In this document: one piece after another, positions 40,435 to 47,999 of the stretch
How the letters are laid out: each line of letters starts with the position of its first letter
Numbering within the stretch: the stretch's first letter is position 1
NCBI GenBank assembly: GCA_052168235.1
Contig: JBQLZK010000059.1
Coordinates: forward strand, 1 to 47,999
Source: Thainema sp.
GTDB taxonomy: Bacteria > Cyanobacteriota > Cyanobacteriia > Phormidesmidales > Phormidesmidaceae
Direction: 5' to 3'
DNA: 47,999 bases
Made by a program: the position numbers and the translations under genes
The notes under the pieces: model-generated
What the model saw: only the letters and a program-made list of their open reading frames with translations
Database searches by the model: none
Told to the model about the DNA's origin: nothing

Positions 40435-40905
40435 ATGAATTCTCCCCACGCAGCATCGCCAAATTCAAGGCCAGATGAGATCGCGCATCGCAGTCAGTCC
40501 GCACCACCAATCGACAAGCCAATTGTCTTTTTCGATGGCGAGTGCAATTTGTGCAACGGCTTTGTGGATCTGCTGTTGAAGCTCGATCCAGCAGGCAAGA
40601 TGTGGATTGCGCCGCTGCAAGGGGAGACCGCTGCCCACCTGCTGCCGCCGCTACCGACCGATTTGGAAGCTTGGTCGATGTTCTATCTGGATCAAACTGG
40701 GCTGTATGACCAGTCTGACGCCGCGCTGAAGGTGGCTGAGCAACTGGGTGGACTATGGTCAATCGTGGCGGCGCTGCAGATCATCCCTCAACCCATTCGC
40801 AATGCCGTTTATCGCACAGTGGCGAGCAATCGCTACCGCTGGTTTGGCAAACGAGCGACCTGTCGAGTACCCACCGAAAAAGAGCGATCGCGGTTTCTAC
40901 CCTAG
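40435..40905 (+). CDS. DCC1-like thiol-disulfide oxidoreductase (DUF393)
   Basis: FFDGECNLCNG...YRTVASNRYRWFGK...C. Confidence 0.93.
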   Translation: MNSPHAASPNSRPDEIAHRSQSAPPIDKPIVFFDGECNLCNGFVDLLLKLDPAGKMWIAPLQGETAAHLLPPLPTDLEAWSMFYLDQTGLYDQSDAALKVAEQLGGLWSIVAALQIIPQPIRNAVYRTVASNRYRWFGKRATCRVPTEKERSRFLP

Positions 40906-42380
40906 GAACACGGCAACCAAAAGCGTTCCTCCAGCGTAAGGCTTAAACATCCGCCATTAGGAATCGCCGCACCGAACGTCTTCTCATCTACAGTACCCGC
41001 TTTGACGGCGCAGAAGCGTGGGAATATTTGGCATACAAAACGCTATATGTAGAGTGGTTTATGCAATTTAGGCACAAACAGATGGAATATTTAGCGTCAT
41101 TAAGCTTCTAGAATGTAGCTTGCTTCTGCTAGCGTATCGATACAAGAAAGTACAAACATTTTTTAAGATTCAGCTAGCCAAATCGGCAGTTGTTATGAAG
41201 AAAAGTTGCAAAGCATCAGCATTTGAGCGGAATGGTAGCAAACAGGGTTGTTGATCCATCAGATAGTTGAAATGTCGATTGTATTGAGCAATACACGAAG
41301 TGTTTTGACTGTCTTTATCCGATTCAAATCAACAACTTTGATTAAAGAAATGCAACGAAAATCGTGGCTCAACTATCAAGAATACTTACAGACTGCAACT
41401 CAGATCAGCATTGGGCTGACGCTGCTGCTATTGCCTTTTCCAAATTTGAAGCTATTATATTAATTGGGTCGAAGCTGAATGTAATAACTAGGGGCTAAAC
41501 AGAATGAACAAAGCCTACTTCAAAGATCGCTACTTCCCATAGCTATTCTTACAAGTTTTAATCACTTTCTATCTGTGTTAAAGACTATACTAAGATTGAT
41601 GAAATCCAGGTATTTAGATCACTCGTGCTGTCATTCGTTTCATCATGCGTAGTGATATAGATTATAGGTTTCAGTCGTCTGGAATTGAATTGTGCATCTC
41701 TTTCAACTAAACAATACCTCAAGCCTTCTTAGCTTTTTGAATTTCTGCTTTTAGAGTAAACCGTCGGCATCTTGTCAGGATCTTGTTAATACGTCCAAGA
41801 ATATACAGTTGGATAAGATGCAAAATTTTTGGTGTGAGGCTGAACTGTAGTCGTTCTAATAAATACGCTTTCTTAATTTTCCGAATCATAGGTCTATTGT
41901 TATTACCTGAACAGTGATTTTCCGATCGCTAGTTGCATCATTCAAATTAAATCATTCGAGCTTTCTCCGTTGATTTCTATTGATCTCAATGTCTGATAAG
42001 TCGAATTATTAGCCTCAGTCCTGAACTGAAGTATAGATAACCAGATCAAATTGGGCAGATTCCCGGTTGTCCAAATTCTCTAATCAAGGCTAATAGTAAG
42101 AACAGTGTGCGTGCCTACAAGATGATCCGAATTCCGTATCTTGTTACGTCTATGTTCTTGTGGAGCATGTAAAGCAGAGATGTTGCATGGCTTTCCCCGA
42201 TTGCTGACCCGTTACCTAGCGGTGGGTAGATTGAAACAGTCAATGAACGTATATCTTTAATACTTTCGCTGCTTCTAACCGCTAGCTGATGTTGCTCGCA
42301 GTTCACCGGATCACCGAACAGATAAAAGGTGAACCTTATTTTTCAGCCCAGATTTTAATCGCGTTTGGAGAAGTGAAATC

Positions 42381-43109
42381 GTGAATATACGGCCAATGCT
42401 TGTACGCTTGGAAGGCGCTCTGGAGTGCAGCAATATTGCTGAGCGCATGATCTTAATTGCCAAGCCAACGTTGAATCAAATTGATAATGGGCCGCTCAAT
42501 TTAGTCGTTGGCTATGATAGTTCTCCTCGCAGCCAGATTGCTCTTGATGTTGCCCTTTGGATTGCCTATCAGACTCGGGTTGCTACCTCGTGTGAGGTTA
42601 CGGTTCAGGTTGTGTATGTCGTAGAATCCGAGGCTCCGACCCAAACCTCTACGCTAGATTTACTGCACCAGCAAGAATCGGCGGGCGGCGTACCTAGCAG
42701 TTTGCCTGATTCTAAGCAGCTCCGTGACATTATGGATGTCCGCCAGCGTCACCGTTCCGCTCAGGGATTTGACGAGGCGCGGTTATCCATGCCAATTGCT
42801 CCCAAATTGGCATCTTCGGGAGGCCAAGCTCAAGCCGTCAAGACACCACCAACCCAAGCAGAACAGTTTGCTCAAGCCGATCGCATTCTGTGGCAGGCAC
42901 GCTGTTTAGCCGATGAGTGGCGTGGCTCATTGAAAACTCACCTGCGCTGGGGTCAAGTCGCTACGGAATTACGCGAGGTTGTCGAGGAAGAGTCGGGTAC
43001 GCTGCTGATCATTGGCTGTGAAACCGCAGAAGCAGAGTTGATTCAAGCATTAGGCATGGATTTCCCCTGCCCCGTCATTGGCATCCCGCCTGAACTACAA
43101 GACGACTAA
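42381..43109 (+). CDS. Universal stress protein-like protein
   Basis: LVVGYDSSPRSQIALDVA..VQVVYV...THLRWGQVATEL..LLIIG...CPVIGIP. Confidence 0.82.
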   Translation: MNIRPMLVRLEGALECSNIAERMILIAKPTLNQIDNGPLNLVVGYDSSPRSQIALDVALWIAYQTRVATSCEVTVQVVYVVESEAPTQTSTLDLLHQQESAGGVPSSLPDSKQLRDIMDVRQRHRSAQGFDEARLSMPIAPKLASSGGQAQAVKTPPTQAEQFAQADRILWQARCLADEWRGSLKTHLRWGQVATELREVVEEESGTLLIIGCETAEAELIQALGMDFPCPVIGIPPELQDD

Positions 43110-43118
43110 CTTCACTGG

Positions 43119-43163
43119 CCCAAAAACCCAACGAGGGGATTAATCCCCTTGTTGGGTTTTTGG
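43119..43163. terminator. Rho-independent terminator-like hairpin
   Basis: CCAAAAACCCAACGAGGGGAT-TA-ATCCCCTTGTTGGGTTTTTGG directly after the usp-like gene. Confidence 0.7.
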
Positions 43164-43231
43164 TTTATCAGGTGCAAGTCAACTGCTCAGGGCGGGAAAT
43201 GCCCACCTACAACGTGAACGAAACCGCCTAA

Positions 43232-43270
43232 AATCAAAAAGAGGCAAGCAATGCTTGCCTCTTTTTGATT
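43232..43270 (-). terminator. Terminator downstream of tRNA-Arg
   Basis: AATCAAAAAGAGGCAAGCA-A-TGCTTGCCTCTTTTTGATT perfect IR. Confidence 0.8.
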
Positions 43271-43275
43271 CGTAA

Positions 43276-43349
43276 CGGGCCTGAAAGGATTCGAACCTCC
43301 GACACCGTGGTCCGTAGCCACGTGCTCTAGTCCACTGAGCTACAGGCCC
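43276..43349 (-). tRNA. tRNA-Arg(ACG)
   Basis: GGGCCTGTAGCTCAGTGGACTAGAGCACGTGGCTACGGACCACGGTGTCGGAGGTTCGAATCCTTTCAGGCCCG forms a cloverleaf with anticodon ACG; CCA not encoded. Confidence 0.96.
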
Positions 43350-43390
43350 ATTCCCTTTACGGATATTCATCATAGCATACCCGATTCACA

Positions 43391-43933
43391 ATGCAAGACT
43401 CTTCTGACAATTCGTCTGTAGACATGACACAAGCACGGGCTGAACAGTCTGAGAAATCGGCGCTTTCCCATTTAGACACACAAGGACAAGCGCAGATGGT
43501 AGACGTTTCTGCCAAATCTCAGACTGTCCGGCGAGCGGTTGCGATCGCACAAATTCGCATGCAGCCCGAAACGTTAGCGACGATTCAGTCCGGCAACGCA
43601 CCCAAAGGGGACGTATTGGGCACGGCCCGCATTGCTGGCATTATGGCCGCCAAGCAAACGGCAAATCTGATTCCGCTCTGTCACACAATTCCGATTCAGA
43701 AAGTCGAGATTCAAATTACCCCGGACGAAGCGCTGCCCGGATACCGCATTCAGGCCGAGGTGAAAACCAAAGCCGAAACTGGGGTGGAAATGGAAGCGCT
43801 GACAGCCGTCTCGGTCGCAGCGCTCACGCTGTACGACATGGCGAAAGCACTCGAAAAAGGCATGCAGATTGAAACCATTCGCCTGCTTCAGAAAACGGGC
43901 GGCAAATCCGGCGACTGGACGGCAGAGCCATGA
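43391..43933 (+). CDS. moaC: Cyclic pyranopterin monophosphate synthase
   Basis: [55 protein letters not shown]. Confidence 0.97.
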   Translation: MQDSSDNSSVDMTQARAEQSEKSALSHLDTQGQAQMVDVSAKSQTVRRAVAIAQIRMQPETLATIQSGNAPKGDVLGTARIAGIMAAKQTANLIPLCHTIPIQKVEIQITPDEALPGYRIQAEVKTKAETGVEMEALTAVSVAALTLYDMAKALEKGMQIETIRLLQKTGGKSGDWTAEP

Positions 43934-44547
43934 CGCTACTGAGCTGGATGCTGTCGTTTTTTCCCGCGTTGGTGATGGTGGGTGCGATCGCAAGTTTCCT
44001 CTCGTTCTGCATCTGGCCGAACGGCTGGAGTTTACTGCTGCTGCTGGTCATCCTCTATGGTCTGCCGCCGCTGGTGCATCGGCTGCATCAGTGGCGCTAT
44101 CCCATCACAGAAGGCATCAGCTACCTCCAGGGCAAAATCTACTCGCCCTGGTGGGGTAGTCACCAAATTCAAGCCATTTATATTGCGTTTCCAGTCCTAG
44201 AAACAGCACTGCGGCTTGTACCTGGCTTATTCTCATGCTGGCTGCGGCTGTGGGGTGCGAAGGTAGGCAAACAGGTCTACTGGACACCTAAACTCGAAAT
44301 TAGCGATCGCAGTCTCCTCGACATCGGCGATCGGGTCGTCTTTGGCTACCAAGTTGGCCTCTACGCCCACGCCATCAAGCCCCGCCGCGACAACCTGATG
44401 CTTTACGTCAAACGGATTAGAATCGGCAATGACGTGTTCCTCAGCGGCGGCGTTCAAATTGGCCCCGGAGTTGCGATCGCAGACGGCACATTCGTCCCCA
44501 CCGCCACCCACCTCTACCCCAACCAACTCTTCAACCCGCCCATCTAA
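43930..44547 (+). CDS. Membrane-associated hexapeptide-repeat acyltransferase-like protein
   Basis: Two TM helices, [43 protein letters not shown] overlap with moaC. Confidence 0.8.
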   Translation: MTLLSWMLSFFPALVMVGAIASFLSFCIWPNGWSLLLLLVILYGLPPLVHRLHQWRYPITEGISYLQGKIYSPWWGSHQIQAIYIAFPVLETALRLVPGLFSCWLRLWGAKVGKQVYWTPKLEISDRSLLDIGDRVVFGYQVGLYAHAIKPRRDNLMLYVKRIRIGNDVFLSGGVQIGPGVAIADGTFVPTATHLYPNQLFNPPI

Positions 44548-44651
44548 ACCCCACCACCAACCTTCAACCTTCAACAAAACCCATCCACTCTCCCACCCAT
44601 CCACCCTCCTACACCCTTAACCCTCCTACCCATCCACCCCGAACACCCAAC

Positions 44652-45164
44652 GTGATCCAATACTTCACCTGTCCACCCCCGGCCTATCTACAAGACCACT
44701 TCCACCAGTTTCTGCCGCAGTGGGATATTGCAGCAGAGTCGGTGCTGATTGTGCTGCAGCAGGTTCAGGAACCGCTTTGTGCCCCCACACCCCGCATCGA
44801 TGGCTATAAGCAGCGCTGCCGCCATCGCTTTTTGGTCTGGGCTGAGCAGATGACATCGCAGCTCCAGGCCAAGGGCTACCGTTGCGATATCTTTGACCCC
44901 CGCACCGGACAGCCCATGCTGTCTGAGCCTGGAGAACGCTGTTTAGATGATGCGGCAGTGGTACAAGCCTGTTTGCACTATGACCTCAAACCCTGCGGCG
45001 ACTGCTGCGTGATCAATCATCCCGAATGGGGCAGCGCCGTTTATCCGTCAATTTTGATGACCTCTGCGCCCCTGGTGGTTCTGCATCAGGTTACGGCGAG
45101 AGTATTAGGTGACAATGCAGTGGGCTACCGCACGCAAGATTGGGCAAAAGAATCAGTCGTTTAG
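44652..45164 (+). CDS. MMADHC (CblD)-like protein
   Basis: F..WA......L...GY.CDIFDPRTG...CCVINHPEWGSAVYPSILMTSAP. Confidence 0.78.
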   Translation: MIQYFTCPPPAYLQDHFHQFLPQWDIAAESVLIVLQQVQEPLCAPTPRIDGYKQRCRHRFLVWAEQMTSQLQAKGYRCDIFDPRTGQPMLSEPGERCLDDAAVVQACLHYDLKPCGDCCVINHPEWGSAVYPSILMTSAPLVVLHQVTARVLGDNAVGYRTQDWAKESVV

Positions 45165-45203
45165 AGTCTGAAGATCCATATTCATACAAACTAGCTCATA
45201 CAA

Positions 45204-45293
45204 TAGACTTTACTGGAAATAAAGTTTTTGGGGTTGGAAATTGTTTTGTAGCGCGGCAGAGCCGCGCTACAAAACAATTTCCGATAAAGTCTA
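45204..45293. mobile_element. 90-bp MITE family A, copy 3
   Basis: TAGACTTTAC...ATAAAGTCTA; small left loop inverted relative to copies 1 and 2. Confidence 0.85.
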
Positions 45294-45348
45294 ATTAAAG
45301 CGATCGCACATTTTGCACTTTTACATAGAACTAGATCACGAGAGCACG

Positions 45349-46149
45349 ATGGCTGACTACACTGCCCCCGTAAAACAACTCCTCGAAATTGGAGAAGTTA
45401 AACCCAAATCGGTTGCTATACCGGAAAAATGGACTGACTACGCACAGGAGTATCAAATCAGCGAGTCTGACATTCCCGAACTGATACGGATGGCCACAGA
45501 TTCCGAGTTAAATAACGCCAATATGGAGTCCAAAGAAGTTTGGGCACCCCTTCATGCTTGGCGCGCCTTGGCTCAGCTTCAGGCAAAAGACGCGATCAAA
45601 CCGCTAATGAAGCTATTTGAGCTAGATGACGACTACGTTTGGTCGGATTTACCATCGGCATACGGATTCTTGGGCATTCCTGCAATTGAGCCGTTGACGG
45701 AACATCTAGCCGATCGCAATCACAGTGTCATAGCGCGAAACACGGCTGCTGAGGCACTGGTCAAAATTGGGAATCAAGATGAAGCAGCTCGTCATCTTTG
45801 TGTAAGCGCGATCGCAAATCAGCTTAGCCACTACGTCCGCCAAAATCCCGAATTTAATGGCTTGCTCGTTGCTGCCTTGGTTGACTTAAATGCGGTAGAA
45901 GCTGCAGAGACAATCGAAACGGCCTATGCTGCGGGCTGCGTTGACGAAACGATTGAGGGCAGCTGGCATGATGTCCAGGCACGACTCGGATTAATTCCCT
46001 ATTCGGAATTGCAAAATCTTCGTCAGGAAGAAGCAACCCGACCCTTAGTTGATTTTTCAGTTGCTGCGGCTAAATCCAGCGCCAAGCTGAAACCATCTGG
46101 TGGCGGTTTTGGTGGCGGCGGCAGCAAGAAAAAAAAGAAGAAAAAATAG
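45349..46149 (+). CDS. DUF1186/HEAT-repeat-like protein
   Basis: DIPELIRMATD..WAPLHAWRALAQL..IETAYAAGCVDETIEGSW; GFG-polyK tail. Confidence 0.78.
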   Translation: MADYTAPVKQLLEIGEVKPKSVAIPEKWTDYAQEYQISESDIPELIRMATDSELNNANMESKEVWAPLHAWRALAQLQAKDAIKPLMKLFELDDDYVWSDLPSAYGFLGIPAIEPLTEHLADRNHSVIARNTAAEALVKIGNQDEAARHLCVSAIANQLSHYVRQNPEFNGLLVAALVDLNAVEAAETIETAYAAGCVDETIEGSWHDVQARLGLIPYSELQNLRQEEATRPLVDFSVAAAKSSAKLKPSGGGFGGGGSKKKKKKK

Positions 46150-46299
46150 GCTGAGCTGACCTCTGGTGAGCAGAACAATACAGTAGATGCTGTGAACAGG
46201 GGGTACAAGGAAGCAGGGGAGCCAGATTCTATCGAATGGGTCTTGCAGCATGTGTCTCTGTTGTTCGTACAATCTCTGCATTTGCCTGGGTACTTAAGT

Positions 46300-46857
46300 A
46301 TGCAGATTCGCAAGGCTCAGCCATCAGATATGGAACGGATTACAGCCATTCAGATTGAGTCGCTGCGAAAGCTGTGCGCCAAGGACTACCGCGATCGCGA
46401 TTTGCAAGCTCTGATTCGCAGCAAGCAGCGCGATCGCAACTGGGACGAAACGATTTTTGTGGCTGAAACCTCGGCAGGCGTAGTGGGATTTTGCGCGTTG
46501 AGTAATATCAGTCCGTTTATTCAAGCGCTGTTTGTCCATCCCGACTGGACGCGCCAAGGCATTGCCACCGAGTTAATTGCCGCTCTCGAAGCTGAAGCGA
46601 TGGAGCGCCAAATCAAGCGTTTAATCGTGAATTCCTCGCTGACTGCCGAACCGTTCTATCGGGCCTGCGGTTATCAGGTGATTAAAGCGCGTCATCATAT
46701 TTGGGTGGGTAAAGGCTGGCAGTTTGCCGACTGGAACGCCATTCCCTGCGTCAAAATGCAGAAGCAACTGATACCTGAAACCTGGCAAGACACGCTTTGG
46801 AAATGGGTATTACTGATTGGCATGGGAATTGCGATCGCGTTACTAATGTTTCCCTAG
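46300..46857 (+). CDS. GNAT family N-acetyltransferase with C-terminal TM helix
   Basis: MQIRKA..D; LFVHPDWTRQGIA; SSLTAEPFYRACGY. Confidence 0.9.
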   Translation: MQIRKAQPSDMERITAIQIESLRKLCAKDYRDRDLQALIRSKQRDRNWDETIFVAETSAGVVGFCALSNISPFIQALFVHPDWTRQGIATELIAALEAEAMERQIKRLIVNSSLTAEPFYRACGYQVIKARHHIWVGKGWQFADWNAIPCVKMQKQLIPETWQDTLWKWVLLIGMGIAIALLMFP

Positions 46858-46866
46858 TGTTAATAG

Positions 46867-47138
46867 CTCTCACCCTAAATCCCTCTCCCACGGTTGGGCG
46901 ACTGTTGATACACTTCTGAATAGTCTTTATAAACCCCGGATCGATCCCCCTAAATCCCCCTTAAAAAGGGGGAACTTTGAGCCAATTCCCCCCTTTTTAA
47001 GGGGGGCTAGGGGGGATCTCAATGTCGAAACGAAGTCTAGGAGACTTATATATAAACAGTCGCCCCGCTGTGGGAGAGGAACTTTCAATCCAGCTCTCCT
47101 GCTCCCAATTTGGGAGTAGGGGTTGGGGGAAGAGGGAG
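46867..47138. repeat. Nested repeat: SDR copy 3 interrupted by a MITE (46896-47065) that itself contains a second SDR (46943-47018)
   Basis: TIR GGGCGACTGTT/AACAGTCGCCC inside the CTCTCCCAC..GTGGGAGAG stem; inner GATCCCCCTAAATCCCCCTTAAAAAGGGGG element. Confidence 0.8.
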
Positions 47139-47146
47139 AATTTCGC

Positions 47147-47797
47147 TTACTCAATCTCAATCTCAATGAGCCGAGGACGCAAACACAGGTATGCCAGTGG
47201 GCCAAATAGCGGCACTAGGGCAACAGCCCAGAATACTCGGCGGTCTTTCACGCCGCGTCGTGCCATATCGTCATCCAGGAGCGGCGTCAGCGGAAACAGC
47301 AGCGTCATCAAGCAGAAATCAATCGTGATCAGATGAATAAAAGGAACTGCGCGCCACTGCTCAACAAAATCTGACCAGTCTCCCAGCAGCCATGCCGTTG
47401 CCAGCAAGCCAATCGTCGCGACAACTAAGATAATTGCCGTGTTACGTGACTCTAACCGCTTAATCCACTGGCTCTGGTGTTCATACATCTGCTGATGGAA
47501 TTCTTGATTGCGATCGCGAAAGATTAGATAAGGAACCAGTCCCACAATTCCGGTTGCATTGGACGCAATAAAGTACAACCAACTCGGTAGCCGCTGCTCT
47601 CGGCAATCGATAAACATCAGGCTGGCGTAGATCATCGGCCACACGCCCATCAGCCAGAACACCGCAAACAGATAGGCATTGACTTCCGTGACCTGAAAGG
47701 TGAGCAGTCGCGAGACAATCGGCAACGTCTCCGGCTGATCGAGGGGAGCCAGCCAGATAATATAAACCGTGAACCACAGCCAGATCAGGCTGATCAT
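47147..47797 (-). CDS. DUF2834-like membrane protein
   Basis: MGVWPMIYA, LVPYL, GDWSDF..QW....FIH....DF, DDMARRG, VPLFGPLAYLCLRP. Confidence 0.82.
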   Translation of the reverse strand: MISLIWLWFTVYIIWLAPLDQPETLPIVSRLLTFQVTEVNAYLFAVFWLMGVWPMIYASLMFIDCREQRLPSWLYFIASNATGIVGLVPYLIFRDRNQEFHQQMYEHQSQWIKRLESRNTAIILVVATIGLLATAWLLGDWSDFVEQWRAVPFIHLITIDFCLMTLLFPLTPLLDDDMARRGVKDRRVFWAVALVPLFGPLAYLCLRPRLIEIEIE

Positions 47798-47877
47798 CAC
47801 ATTTCGACCTGACTGCTGAATGCCCTGGAGAAATCTCATAGCGGTACGATCAAACCCTAGTGTTTGATGACAGATCG

Positions 47878-47947
47878 CTCTCACCCTAAATCCCTCTCCC
47901 GCAGGAGAGGGACTTCCGATCTGGCTCCCCTTCTCCCGCGGGAGAAG
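47878..47947. repeat. Short dispersed repeat, copy 4 (partial or interrupted)
   Basis: Near reverse complement of the 12781-12869 copy; similarity breaks at 47948. Confidence 0.8.
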
Positions 47948-47999
47948 CTAATCCTGTAGGGGTTTTGTACGAACCTATCAGAGAATCGCAGATCCCTTG

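Noticed and set aside
43276..43349. tRNA-Arg as an integration site
   Set aside because: No duplicated tRNA 3' end and no integrase found in the window.
44548..44645. CCATCCAC-type pyrimidine-rich tracts (also ~2000-2035, 15585-15680, 35595-35645)
   Set aside because: Common cyanobacterial short tandem or low-complexity repeats with no distinctive organisation here.

Overview
Chromosomal window from a cyanobacterium: HIP1 GCGATCGC is very frequent, and cyanobacterial gene families such as DUF2808, DUF1517, pentapeptide proteins and the extended ThiE are present. All protein calls come from motif recognition by eye, with no database searches. Left to right it holds: a DUF4157 putative effector with an AT-rich GNAT-like C-terminus; a cyanate-utilisation locus (PAS kinase, REC-AraC regulator, cynABDS, HupE/UreJ, DUF1348, small Cys-motif protein); a BrnT/BrnA toxin-antitoxin pair; and housekeeping genes. 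An AT-rich island with no HIP1 site seen (~18.2-21.0 kb) carries a type II restriction-modification-controller module. It sits directly downstream of an integron attC-like site and an array of four ~42-bp lox/dif-like palindromic repeats. Further right are an orphan Rpn-type small ORF, SQR convergent with a NafY/NifY-like gene, a degenerate adenylate kinase-thioredoxin fusion, and thiC with a TPP riboswitch. Then come thiS/thiE, a DEAD-box helicase, a 1301-aa envelope protein with tandem Yfr1 target sites at its RBS, tRNA-Arg(ACG), moaC and an MMADHC-like gene. Intergenic regions contain several MITE/REP/SDR families, some nested and some with flipped hairpin loops. The best novelty candidates are the attC-linked R-M cassette with its repeat array, the extended and separately regulated cyn locus, and the DUF4157-GNAT effector.
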